Below, in pieces: positions 39,725 through 48,975 of a stretch of 64,000 bases of DNA. Both the position numbers and the translations under genes were made by a program. The first letter of the stretch is position 1; every line of letters begins with the position of its first letter. The notes beneath the pieces are model-generated. The model was given only the letters and a program-made list of their open reading frames with translations, did no database searches and was not told the DNA's origin. Source of the DNA: Clostridia bacterium (lineage in GTDB: Bacteria; Bacillota; Clostridia; TANB77; CAG-508); NCBI GenBank assembly GCA_900758165.1, contig CAAEQN010000114.1:9809-73808 (forward strand), in the 5' to 3' direction.

Positions 39725-41722
39725 ATGGATAGAACCATAGAGAAAATAATGAATACCAAATTTTTTAATAATGCAATAATAGGAAATAAAAATATAAAAG
39801 CAACTTTTAGTGATAAAGGAGAATTATTAAGAGCGTATTATCCCAATGTGGATTTTAACCAATTTATAGACTTCTTCCATACAGGTGTAAAAATAAATGA
39901 CTCTACAATTATATATTTACATGAAGATATAAATAACAAATATAACCAATATTATACAGAAAATACCAACATACTAAATACAGAAATAGAAAATACATAT
40001 TTTAATTTAAATATAAAACAAACAGATTTTATATCAATAAAAAATAATCTAATAATAAAAAAATATACATTTGCAAATAACAATAAAGTAAATTTAAATA
40101 TAAATTTTATTGCTTATTCTAAACTACTAACAAACCAAAACAATATGATATCAGGAAAAATAATAGATAATGGCATAATACAGTATAATCATGATTTTGC
40201 TTTTTGCACATTTGCCAAACAAAAAATTTCTGGTCATAGACTCAACGATGTAGAAAATTACATAAGAGATGGAATTTTGACTGACAAAGATTATATTGGT
40301 ATGTCTGAAGCTTCGGCTGTAACCTACAATCTGGGAGAATTAAAGCCAGGAGATAAAGTGGAATTTTCATTATTTATATTTATAGAAAATAATAACAATA
40401 TAAAAAATATAGAAGAAATAGAAGATAAAATAACAGAGTTAGAAAAAATAGATGTAAATAAAGAATATTCTCAAGCTAAAAAATATTGGAATGCATATTT
40501 ACAAAAACATGATGGCTTAAAAATAAAAGAACACGAAAATATAATTAAAGATGAAAGAATAATAAAAATATATAATAGAACTATCTTATTATTTCCATTG
40601 TTACAAAATGAAGAGACAGGAGGAGTATCTGCTGCATTAGAAATAGATGAACAAAGACAAAAGAGTGGAAGATATTCATATTGTTGGCCAAGAGATTCAG
40701 TGTTTGTAACAAAGGCATTTGATAAACTAAATATGGTAAAAGAAACAGAAAAGTTTTATGAGAATTTTTGCAAAAGAACACAAAGCAAAAATGGAATGTG
40801 GGAACAAAGATTTTACACAGATTGCAGATTAGCTCCTTGTTGGGGATATCAAATAGATGAGACTGCAAGCGTAATATATGGAATATATGAACATTATAAA
40901 GAAGTAAAAAATGAAAAATTTATAATTAATAATTTAAAAATGTGCGAAAATGCATTACACTTTTTATTTAAATATTTAGAGAATATATTTAATGAAAGCG
41001 AAATAGAAGAAGATATAGTAAAAAAAGAAATAGAACAAAAAACCAAAGAACTTGGGAAAGAACATGATAAGATATATAAACACTTAAGTTACGATTTATG
41101 GGAAATGAACGAAGGAATCCATATATATTCTTTAGCAAGCATATATTCAGCAATGGAAGCAATGCTTAAAATATATGAAATATCAAAGAAAAAATATGAG
41201 AATAATAGATTAAGATTAGAACAGATTTCTAAAAATGAAGCAAAAATAAAGAAAGAAATAAACAATATAAAAAAATATATAGAAAATAACTTATACGATG
41301 AAAACACAAAAATATTAAAAAGAAACGTTCAAGACAATAAAATGGATATAAGCATAATGGGAACAGTATATCCTTTCAATCTATTTTCTCCAAAGGAAAA
41401 GAAAATATTAAATACAGTAGAAAAGATAAATTTAACACTTCGTACTTATACGGGCGGATATTTGAGATTTGAACAAGATAATTATATGGAAGGACAAAAC
41501 CCATGGCCAATATCAACTTTATGGATGGCATTATATTATATAAAGGCTGGAAACAGAAAAAAAGCAACAGAGTGTTTAGAATTTGTGACAAAAAGTGCAA
41601 CAAATTTAGGATTTTTAGCTGAACAAGTTGATAATAGTTCTATGAAACCAAGTTGGGTAATTGGGTTAGGATGGTCACATGCAATGTATATAATAACATT
41701 AGCAGAAATCTTGAAAAAATAA
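39725..41722 (+). CDS. Glycoside hydrolase family 15 (glucoamylase-like) protein
   Basis: 665 aa. The motifs YSYCWPRDSVFV, DLWEMNEGIHIYS and GFLAEQVD in the (alpha/alpha)6 catalytic region resemble bacterial/archaeal GH15 enzymes. Confidence 0.8.
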   Translation: MDRTIEKIMNTKFFNNAIIGNKNIKATFSDKGELLRAYYPNVDFNQFIDFFHTGVKINDSTIIYLHEDINNKYNQYYTENTNILNTEIENTYFNLNIKQTDFISIKNNLIIKKYTFANNNKVNLNINFIAYSKLLTNQNNMISGKIIDNGIIQYNHDFAFCTFAKQKISGHRLNDVENYIRDGILTDKDYIGMSEASAVTYNLGELKPGDKVEFSLFIFIENNNNIKNIEEIEDKITELEKIDVNKEYSQAKKYWNAYLQKHDGLKIKEHENIIKDERIIKIYNRTILLFPLLQNEETGGVSAALEIDEQRQKSGRYSYCWPRDSVFVTKAFDKLNMVKETEKFYENFCKRTQSKNGMWEQRFYTDCRLAPCWGYQIDETASVIYGIYEHYKEVKNEKFIINNLKMCENALHFLFKYLENIFNESEIEEDIVKKEIEQKTKELGKEHDKIYKHLSYDLWEMNEGIHIYSLASIYSAMEAMLKIYEISKKKYENNRLRLEQISKNEAKIKKEINNIKKYIENNLYDENTKILKRNVQDNKMDISIMGTVYPFNLFSPKEKKILNTVEKINLTLRTYTGGYLRFEQDNYMEGQNPWPISTLWMALYYIKAGNRKKATECLEFVTKSATNLGFLAEQVDNSSMKPSWVIGLGWSHAMYIITLAEILKK

Positions 41723-41784
41723 AACCAAAATGCTATAATAAAATACAGATATCAAAAATGAATATACACAAGGAGGAAATAAAT

Positions 41785-41898
41785 ATGGCAAAGAAACATG
41801 ATGCAGGAAGAATTTTTGTTAAAATAATGGCAGCTATTTTAGCTGTACTAATGGTAGTTGCAGTAGCAGCAACATTTATATATTACATAATACATTAA
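41785..41898 (+). CDS. 37-aa single-pass membrane peptide
   Basis: The ATG at 41785 follows AAGGAGGAAAT. It encodes MAKKHDAGRIFVKIMAAILAVLMVVAVAATFIYYIIH. The longer track ORF (from 41653) overlaps the GH15 gene and lacks an RBS. Confidence 0.5.
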   Translation: MAKKHDAGRIFVKIMAAILAVLMVVAVAATFIYYIIH

Positions 41899-41938
41899 AA
41901 TGAAAAAATAGTTTATATCTAAAAGGAATGAAATAAAA

Positions 41939-42916
41939 ATGAAAGAAAATTTTATATACAATATTGCAACAACATTAACAAATGAGATTTCAGATTATAT
42001 TAAATTATTACAGCAATATCCAATAAAATTAGTATCTCTAATTTTAGATTTAGCAATTGTTATATTTATAATAGTAAAAATATTTAAATTAGCAAAAGAT
42101 TCTAGAGCCATACAATTAATAAAAGGTATAATATTCTTTATTTTAATAACTTGGATAAGTGGAATATTAAATTTAAAAATTATACATTCTATATTAACTG
42201 CATTCTTACCTTCAGGGGTAATTGCATTAGTTGTAATATTCCAACCAGAAATAAGAAGAGCTTTAGAACAATTAGGAACTAATAAATTTACTCACTTTTT
42301 TGGAATAGAAAGAAATATAGAAACAAAAACCAGAGAAGATATATATAAAATTGTAATAGCTGTAGAAGAAATGGCAAAAAGAAAAGTAGGAGCACTAATA
42401 GTTATACAAAGAGATATTAGTTTAAGTGATATTATATCAACTGGTATAGAAATGAATTCAGAAATATCACCTCAAATATTAGTAAATATATTTACTCCAA
42501 ATACACCATTACATGATGGAGCTGTAATAATTAAAAATAATAAGATTTCAGCAGCGGCTTGTATATTGCCACTTGCCAGTAACAAGTACATTTCTAAAGA
42601 TTTAGGAACAAGACACAGAGCAGCTGTAGGAGTATCAAAAGAATCAGATGCAATAGCTATAGTAGTATCTGAAGAATCTGGAAAAGTATCTATAGCAAAA
42701 GATGGAACATTAATTGCAGATGTAAAAGAAGAAGCTTTAAAGAAAATATTAATAAAAAATATAATTACAAATAGACTAGATAATAACAAAAAAGACAAAT
42801 TTAAAGGCTTAGACAAAATAAAAAAATTAAAAGATAGCAAGAAAGAAAAAAGTGAAAAGAAAAATAATGAAGAAAATGCAGAAGTAAAAAAAGAAAACAC
42901 AATTAAAAAAAGCTAA
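41939..42916 (+). CDS. cdaA: Diadenylate cyclase CdaA (DacA)
   Basis: 325 aa. It has three N-terminal TM helices and a DAC domain with GALIVIQRD, TPLHDGAVII and RHRAAVGVSKESDAIAIVVSEESGKVS, plus an unusual K/E-rich C-terminal tail. Confidence 0.92.
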   Translation: MKENFIYNIATTLTNEISDYIKLLQQYPIKLVSLILDLAIVIFIIVKIFKLAKDSRAIQLIKGIIFFILITWISGILNLKIIHSILTAFLPSGVIALVVIFQPEIRRALEQLGTNKFTHFFGIERNIETKTREDIYKIVIAVEEMAKRKVGALIVIQRDISLSDIISTGIEMNSEISPQILVNIFTPNTPLHDGAVIIKNNKISAAACILPLASNKYISKDLGTRHRAAVGVSKESDAIAIVVSEESGKVSIAKDGTLIADVKEEALKKILIKNIITNRLDNNKKDKFKGLDKIKKLKDSKKEKSEKKNNEENAEVKKENTIKKS

Positions 42917-42931
42917 TAAAAAATAAAAAAC

Positions 42932-42972
42932 ATCAGACTATTATGCAAAAGCATTATTAGTCTGATTATTTT
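42932..42972 (+). terminator. Rho-independent terminator after cdaA
   Basis: ATCAGACTATTATGC-aaaa-GCATTATTAGTCTGAT (one bulge) followed by TATTTT. Confidence 0.65.
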
Positions 42973-43003
42973 AAGAAATAATCCTAAAAGGGGAAAAAAT
43001 AAA

Positions 43004-43741
43004 ATGAGAAATATTAAACTTACTATAGAATATGATGGAAAATGCTATAATGGTTGGCAAAAACAGCCTAATAAATTAAATATTCAAGGCGAAATAGAAA
43101 AGGCAATATATAATATAACAAAAGAAAAAGTTGCTTTAATTGGCTCAGGAAGAACAGATGCGGGAGTACATGCTTTAGGGCAAGTTGCTAATTTTAAAAC
43201 AGATTCTCAAATTCCCATAGAAAAATTAGCAATAGCTATAAACTCACAACTTAAAAATAGTATTGTTATAAAAAATGCAGAAGAAGTTAACGAAAGGTTT
43301 CATAGTAGATATAATGCAAAACAAAAAACATATAGATATATAATAAACAATTCTAAAACTGGAAGTGCAATATATAGAAATTTAGAGTATTGTTTTCCAA
43401 TAAAATTAGATGTAGAGAAGATGAAAAAAGCAGCAAAATACTTTGAAGGAGAACATGATTTTAAAGCATTTAAATCTAGTGGAACAAGTTCAAAAAATAG
43501 TGTAAGAACAATATATAAAGCTGAAGTAAAACAAGATAAAGAAAGAATAATAATAGAGCTTACAGGAAATGGCTTCTTATACAACATGGTTAGGATAATA
43601 TCAGGAACCTTATTAGATGTAGGATTAGGAAAAATTCTACCAGAAGAAATTCTAAATATAATAGAAGAAAAGAACAGACAAAAAGCAGGCAAAACTTTAC
43701 CACCACATGGACTATATTTAGTGGCAGTAGAATATAAATAA
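43004..43741 (+). CDS. truA: tRNA pseudouridine(38-40) synthase TruA
   Basis: 245 aa. The motifs IEYDG..Y.GWQKQ, GSGRTDAGVHALGQV, HDFKAF and GNGFLYNMVRII.G are present. Confidence 0.95.
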   Translation: MRNIKLTIEYDGKCYNGWQKQPNKLNIQGEIEKAIYNITKEKVALIGSGRTDAGVHALGQVANFKTDSQIPIEKLAIAINSQLKNSIVIKNAEEVNERFHSRYNAKQKTYRYIINNSKTGSAIYRNLEYCFPIKLDVEKMKKAAKYFEGEHDFKAFKSSGTSSKNSVRTIYKAEVKQDKERIIIELTGNGFLYNMVRIISGTLLDVGLGKILPEEILNIIEEKNRQKAGKTLPPHGLYLVAVEYK

Positions 43742-43872
43742 AAATTATTAAGTAAAAATTAACAATCAATAAAATATTAGTTCACGTTTTTAATAATAAC
43801 TCCATATTATATATAAAAAGCATGATGATATAAAATATTATCATAAAATAAAAGTATAGAAGGAGAAGAAAT

Positions 43873-44298
43873 ATGGATTTATTATTATTTTTTGCATTGC
43901 CTGTGGCAACTATTATATTAGCAGTAGTTCTTCAAAAAATACTTAAATGTCCGATATTAGTAGCAGCTACGTTTTTTGCAATATTTTTAATTGTAGCGTT
44001 TGCAACATTTGACGCAACCTTTCTTATTTTTGCTATAATATATACTTTGTTAGCATTTATAACAGCTGTAATAACTAAATTTATATGTGAAACATTTGGA
44101 AGAAATGGCATATTTATTAGAAATATAAATGCAAATAACATAAATACAAATACATTAAGTGCAAATGAAATTATAAACAATGATGATGATGATGACGATA
44201 ATGACAATGATAATAATAACAATAATGGAGGATGCAATAGCTGTATTTGTAATAATAGAAGATATGGACAATATAATAGATGCTATTATAGAAGATAG
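43873..44298 (+). CDS. Small polytopic membrane protein with D/N-rich and Cys/Arg-rich C-terminal tail
   Basis: 141 aa with RBS GAAGGAGAAG. It has about 3 TM segments, then NNDDDDDDNDNDNNNNNGGCNSCICNNRRYGQYNRCYYRR. Confidence 0.6.
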   Translation: MDLLLFFALPVATIILAVVLQKILKCPILVAATFFAIFLIVAFATFDATFLIFAIIYTLLAFITAVITKFICETFGRNGIFIRNINANNINTNTLSANEIINNDDDDDDNDNDNNNNNGGCNSCICNNRRYGQYNRCYYRR

Positions 44299-44324
44299 GA
44301 TTAAAATTTAGAATATATTAGCAA

Positions 44325-44360
44325 AGAAGATACCTGATTTTAAGGTGTCTTCTATTTTAT
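44325..44360 (+). terminator. Rho-independent terminator
   Basis: AGAAGATACC-tgattttaa-GGTGTCTTCT (one G-U pair) followed by ATTTTAT. Confidence 0.65.
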
Positions 44361-44370
44361 ATTGTATATG

Positions 44371-44420
44371 CATATATAATATTACAAAAATATTACAGAA
44401 AGATTAAACTTAAGTTACAA
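44371..44420 (+). promoter_or_regulatory. AATATTACA(A/G)AA direct repeats upstream of the Tad-like operon
   Basis: TTACA occurs at 44382, 44393 and 44415 (spacings 11 and 22 bp). This is the same 12-mer family as the repeats at 29031-29090. Confidence 0.4.
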
Positions 44421-44450
44421 GAGATTAAAAATATTGTTTTTGATAATAAT

Positions 44451-44479
44451 TTGTTGTACAATAAAATAAGTAATATATT
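44451..44479 (+). promoter_or_regulatory. Sigma-A-type promoter candidate (TTGTTG-17 nt-TATATT)
   Basis: The spacing and position (about 35 nt upstream of the 44513 start) are appropriate, but AT-rich sequence makes such matches common. Confidence 0.35.
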
Positions 44480-44512
44480 TTGTCAAATTATTGACATATA
44501 GGAGGAAAAGAT

Positions 44513-45421
44513 ATGGCTACAAATCCAATGCAAAAAAAGACAAGAAGTTCATTTATTTTAGGAGTACTTATAACATTTTTAATTATGGCTGTTATAGTAG
44601 GACTTCTATTATATCAATTAAAGAAAATGAAAGATGAAGAAGATGCAAGAAAAGCACAACAAGTAATAGCGTATGCTTTAAATACTGACGTAAAATCAGG
44701 AGACTTAATAGATGCAAGCAAATTAGCAAAAATAGCAACAGATAAAAGTGCTGCACCACAAAATGCAGTTAATCAAGCATCATTATCAGAGAAAACTATA
44801 GCAAAAATAGACTTATCTAAAGGAACTATAATTACAAATTCTATGATAACAGAAGCTGATAATCCACTTACAAATGATTTAAGATTACAAGAATATAATA
44901 TGTTAAAATTATCTAGCCAAATAGCATCGGATGATTATATTGATATCAGATTAAGAATGCCTTCAGGATTAGATTATATTGTAGTGTCTAAAAAGAAAGT
45001 AGAAATTCCTATAATAGAAGGTGTTGAATCTGAAAATACAATATGGATTAATTTATCAGAAGATGAAACTTTAGCAATGAGTAATGCAATAGTAGAAGCA
45101 TATAAAGTTGAAGGAGCAGTTTTATACACAGCAAAATATGTAGAGCCAGGAACACAAGAGAAAGCAACACCAACTTATGTGCCAAGTGCAGAAGTTGTTA
45201 ATTTAATAACACAAAATCCAAATGTTGTTCAAGAAGCAAAAACAGCAATGTATAATAGATATCAATCATATACTTCAATAAGAAATAATATAAATGCAGA
45301 AGCTTCGGCATTATCTTCTGATGAAATAAGAAACAAAATAAATACAGGAGTACAAAAAGAAATAACTACATCACAAGAACAAAGAAAATCTTATTTAGAC
45401 AGTTTAGCATCAGGTAATTAA
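44513..45421 (+). CDS. CpaB/RcpC-like Flp pilus assembly protein
   Basis: 302 aa with RBS AGGAGGAAAAG. It has an N-terminal TM and then a SAF-like segment (VIAYALNTDVKSGDLIDASKL ... IAKIDLSKGTIITNSMI). The following DDYIDIRLRMPSGLDYIVVSKKKV block resembles the CpaB beta-clip region. Confidence 0.6.
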   Translation: MATNPMQKKTRSSFILGVLITFLIMAVIVGLLLYQLKKMKDEEDARKAQQVIAYALNTDVKSGDLIDASKLAKIATDKSAAPQNAVNQASLSEKTIAKIDLSKGTIITNSMITEADNPLTNDLRLQEYNMLKLSSQIASDDYIDIRLRMPSGLDYIVVSKKKVEIPIIEGVESENTIWINLSEDETLAMSNAIVEAYKVEGAVLYTAKYVEPGTQEKATPTYVPSAEVVNLITQNPNVVQEAKTAMYNRYQSYTSIRNNINAEASALSSDEIRNKINTGVQKEITTSQEQRKSYLDSLASGN

Positions 45422-45455
45422 AAAGCGTAGATGCAGTTTGGGCTAGGAGGAGAAT

Positions 45456-46154
45456 ATGGAAAGGATTGGCTTTATTGGAGCTTTTGACAAAACAGATCTT
45501 ATATTATATGTTTCCAGAATTTTAGTGGAAATGGATAAAAAAGTATTAGTAATAGATTCAACAGTAAATCAAAAAGCTAAATATGTTGTTCCAACAATTA
45601 GCCCTACTGTATCTTACGTAACAGATTTTGAAGGAATAGATGTAGCGGTAGGGTTTACAGATTATAATGGAATAAAAAGATATTTAGGAATGCCAGAATC
45701 GGCAGCACTAAATTATGATTATGTTTTATTAGATATGGATAACCCTGAATTATTAGAAAACTTTGATTTATATGGAACTACAAAAAAATATTTTGTAACT
45801 TCTGCAGATTTATTTTCCCTAAAAAAAGGACTTGAAATATTAAGTGGAATAAGACAACCTGTGGAGTTGACAAAAATATATTTTTCTAACACAATGTCAC
45901 AAGAAGAGGATGATTATTTAAATTTTTTATCATTAGGATATAAAATAAAATGGAATGATGAAAAAATATATTTTCCACTTCAAACAAGTGATCAAGATAT
46001 AATAATAGAAAATCAAAGACTATCAAAAATAAAAGTTAGGGATTTAAGTTCAGAATATAAAGAAACATTAATGTTTTTAGCACAAGAGATAGATCGTAAT
46101 GACAATACACTTTCGATAAAAAAGGCATTTAAGCAATTAGAAAAAGGAGTATAA
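45456..46154 (+). CDS. MinD/ParA-fold TadZ/CpaE-like protein with degenerate P-loop (copy 1)
   Basis: 232 aa. The N-terminus IGFIGAFDKTDLILYVSRILVEMDKKVLVIDST has MinD/ParA topology but no GxxGxGK(T/S). DYVLLDMD sits at the Walker B position. Confidence 0.45.
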   Translation: MERIGFIGAFDKTDLILYVSRILVEMDKKVLVIDSTVNQKAKYVVPTISPTVSYVTDFEGIDVAVGFTDYNGIKRYLGMPESAALNYDYVLLDMDNPELLENFDLYGTTKKYFVTSADLFSLKKGLEILSGIRQPVELTKIYFSNTMSQEEDDYLNFLSLGYKIKWNDEKIYFPLQTSDQDIIIENQRLSKIKVRDLSSEYKETLMFLAQEIDRNDNTLSIKKAFKQLEKGV

Positions 46155-46155
46155 A

Positions 46156-46992
46156 ATGGCAATAGTATCTTTTTGGAGTAATAGTGAAAAAGAAACAGGT
46201 CAAACATTATCATCAATAGCTGTTGCAACAAATATGGCAATACAACATAATTATAGAATATTAATAATATCAACAGGGTTTCAAGAAAAAACACTAGAAA
46301 AGAGTTTTTGGTCAGAGCCAAAAAAATCTTTAACAGCCTCAATGTTTGGACTAAAACAACAACCAGGATTAAATAGTGGAATAGAAGGATTAGTAAAAAT
46401 AATTCAGAGTAATAGAACATCGCCCAATATAGTAGCAGATTATGCAAGAGTAGTTTTTAAAAACAGATTAGATGTATTACCTTCACCATCAACAAGTAAT
46501 ATAAACGCATACAATGAGATAACAAAATATTATGCAGATCTTATAAAAGTAGCAAATAAAGATTATAACTTAATTTTTATAGATATAGATAAAAGAATGA
46601 ATGAAAATGATAAGAAAGCTATTTTACAAGCATCCGACATGGTTGTACTAACAATGAAACAATCCATGGAATCATTAAATGCATTTTTAGAATTGAAAGA
46701 AAAAAACGATGTCTTAAAAAATGAAATATTATTAATAGGAAAATATGATAGATATTCTAAATATAATATAAAAAATATAACAAGATATTTAAGAGCAGAT
46801 ACTTATATATCTGCAATAGATTATAATACATTATTCAATGAAGCTTCAGAAGAAGGAAAAGTGGCAGACTTTTTCTTAAAATATAGAAGCATAAAAGATA
46901 AGAATGATAGAAACGTAATTTTCATACAAGAGACAGATGTAACTTGTGAAAATATACTAGCAAAATTAAAATCACTACAAGTAAGAACATAA
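46156..46992 (+). CDS. MinD/ParA-fold TadZ/CpaE-like protein with degenerate P-loop (copy 2)
   Basis: 278 aa, starting 1 nt after the previous stop. The N-terminus is IVSFWSNSEKETGQTLSSIAVATNMAIQHNYRILIISTG, and NLIFIDID sits at the Walker B position. Confidence 0.45.
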   Translation: MAIVSFWSNSEKETGQTLSSIAVATNMAIQHNYRILIISTGFQEKTLEKSFWSEPKKSLTASMFGLKQQPGLNSGIEGLVKIIQSNRTSPNIVADYARVVFKNRLDVLPSPSTSNINAYNEITKYYADLIKVANKDYNLIFIDIDKRMNENDKKAILQASDMVVLTMKQSMESLNAFLELKEKNDVLKNEILLIGKYDRYSKYNIKNITRYLRADTYISAIDYNTLFNEASEEGKVADFFLKYRSIKDKNDRNVIFIQETDVTCENILAKLKSLQVRT

Positions 46993-47019
46993 GAGCCTTA
47001 AAGAAAGGAGATAAAAATA

Positions 47020-48939
47020 ATGAACATAACTAATCTAATATTAATGGTCATTGTTTTAGGAGTAGCATTTGCCATTGTTCGTAGATTTATAGTAAAAAGA
47101 CAAAATGAAGAAGCAGAGGATAAAATACAAGTAGATGATAGTACATACACTTTAAATGCAATGACCGAATTTGTAAAGAAAAGATTAGATGAAATTACAA
47201 AAATTAACTTATATGATATAGGTCTTTCTGAAGAGGAATTAAAAAGAAGAAAAAATAAGAAATATGAGTTAAAAAAAGCTTTAAAAGGATGTACTTATGG
47301 AGATGTAAATGATAAAAAATACATCAAAGAGTTAATATATGACATGCTTTTTAATGAATATGGAGTTGATGAAATAAATGTATCAAAAGCAATACCATTT
47401 GATATTCCATCATTATTAACAGCACAAGATAAATTTGATATTATCTTATATATGTATAAATCTGAATTTGGTTATGAAGCTTTATCTGAAATTATAAAGA
47501 AATATAATTTAGATGATTTAAAATATGTAGCAGGAGAGTCAAAACCATCTTACGTTATAACTTCAGAAGAGATTAATGATATATATGAAAAAGAAAACTT
47601 TGCATTAACATTCCAAGATAAATTGAACGTTGTAGTACAAAGAATATATCAACATTATAAAGGCTATAGTAGTATAGACGAAATAAGAGATATGAATATA
47701 GACGGTATATCTGGTGGTGTATCAGGACTTCCAGAAAGTTTCTTAAGCCAAGTGGCACAAACAGATGGAGATTATTTAGGACAAATAGCAGAACATAAAG
47801 TACCACGTGCTTGCGATAGTATTTGGATAATGTTCCATGGTAAATCTATACGTTTAGATTTCCTTTCATTTGGAACAGAAGCAGAATTAAAAAGAGTTTG
47901 CCAGAACATTTATAAATTCAATAACCCAGGACAATTATCAGATACAAATGGTTACAAAATTAATGAAATGAAAGATGGCTCTCGTGTTGTTGTTGTTAGA
48001 CCTAGCATGTCTGAAACATGGGCTTTCTTCGTAAGAAAATTCGATGTTAAGAGAGCAACACTAGAGCAAATAGTAAAATTCCCTGGAAAAGATGAAACAA
48101 TAGATTTATTAAAATATTTAGTAAAAGGTGCAAGAATTATATCACTTACTGGTGAGCAGGGTTGTGGTAAAACAACAATGCTTATGGCAATGATAGAAAA
48201 TATATACGAAACAATGAACCTTCGTATTACAGAAACAGCTTTCGAGCTTCATCTAAGAAGAATATATCCAACAAGAAACATATTATCAATGCGTGAGACA
48301 GAAACAATAGCAGGACAGGAATGTTTGGATGTTCAGAAAAAGACTGATGGTTCTGTTAACATCATAGGTGAGGTTGCAACAGACCCCGTAGCATCTTGGA
48401 TGATACAATCAGCACAGGTTGCATCTAAATTTACATTATTTACTCACCACGCTAAAACATTCCCAGATTTAGTAACAGCATTAAGAAACTCTATGCTTAG
48501 AGCAGGTGTGTTTAAAGATGAAAGAACAGCAGAAGAGCAAGTTGTACAAGTATTAAACTTTGACATACATTTGGTAAAAGACTTTAGAGGAAGAAGATAT
48601 ATAGAAAGAATAACAGAATGTATACCAGTAGAAGAAAGAAATGAATACACATTTGATTACAGAAAAGAAAAAACAACAGAAAAGAAAATAGAAAAATTCA
48701 TGGATAACGCAACAATGTTCTTTACAAAAACAACAAATAGAGAATTGTATCATTATAGAAATATACTAGAGTATCATGATGGAACTTATGTACTAACAAA
48801 TCCTATAACAGAAACAAACATTAAAGCAATGTTAAACAATATGGATGACAATGATGCAGAAGAATTTAAGAAATTTGTTAAAAAGAATTGGGGAATAGAT
48901 GCACATAGAGATGCCGATGATATGATAGAAGAAGCATAA
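47020..48939 (+). CDS. TadA/CpaF-like secretion ATPase with an N-terminal transmembrane anchor
   Basis: 639 aa. It has the TM NLILMVIVLGVAFAIV, the motif DGSRVVVVRPSMSETWAFFVRKF and Walker A LTGEQGCGKTTML. The motifs RITETAFELHL, NIIGEVATDP, LFTHHA and GRRYIERITE are in the order expected for CpaF/VirB11-type ATPases. Confidence 0.7.
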   Translation: MNITNLILMVIVLGVAFAIVRRFIVKRQNEEAEDKIQVDDSTYTLNAMTEFVKKRLDEITKINLYDIGLSEEELKRRKNKKYELKKALKGCTYGDVNDKKYIKELIYDMLFNEYGVDEINVSKAIPFDIPSLLTAQDKFDIILYMYKSEFGYEALSEIIKKYNLDDLKYVAGESKPSYVITSEEINDIYEKENFALTFQDKLNVVVQRIYQHYKGYSSIDEIRDMNIDGISGGVSGLPESFLSQVAQTDGDYLGQIAEHKVPRACDSIWIMFHGKSIRLDFLSFGTEAELKRVCQNIYKFNNPGQLSDTNGYKINEMKDGSRVVVVRPSMSETWAFFVRKFDVKRATLEQIVKFPGKDETIDLLKYLVKGARIISLTGEQGCGKTTMLMAMIENIYETMNLRITETAFELHLRRIYPTRNILSMRETETIAGQECLDVQKKTDGSVNIIGEVATDPVASWMIQSAQVASKFTLFTHHAKTFPDLVTALRNSMLRAGVFKDERTAEEQVVQVLNFDIHLVKDFRGRRYIERITECIPVEERNEYTFDYRKEKTTEKKIEKFMDNATMFFTKTTNRELYHYRNILEYHDGTYVLTNPITETNIKAMLNNMDDNDAEEFKKFVKKNWGIDAHRDADDMIEEA

Positions 48940-48975
48940 AACATCATCTTAAAAGGAGGTGCGAAAATTTAGAAT

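Noticed and set aside
41653-41898. 81-aa version of the small ORF upstream of cdaA
   Set aside because: The upstream 44 codons overlap the end of the GH15 gene in another frame and have no RBS. The internal ATG at 41785 has a perfect AAGGAGG and gives a clean TM peptide.
42472-42900. 142-aa minus-strand ORF
   Set aside because: It is antisense to the clearly identified cdaA gene and is the mirror image of the K/E-rich tail (F/S/L-rich).
46013-46447. 144-aa minus-strand ORF spanning the junction of the two TadZ-like genes
   Set aside because: It overlaps two tightly coupled plus-strand genes, has no RBS, and has leucine/phenylalanine-rich antisense-type composition.
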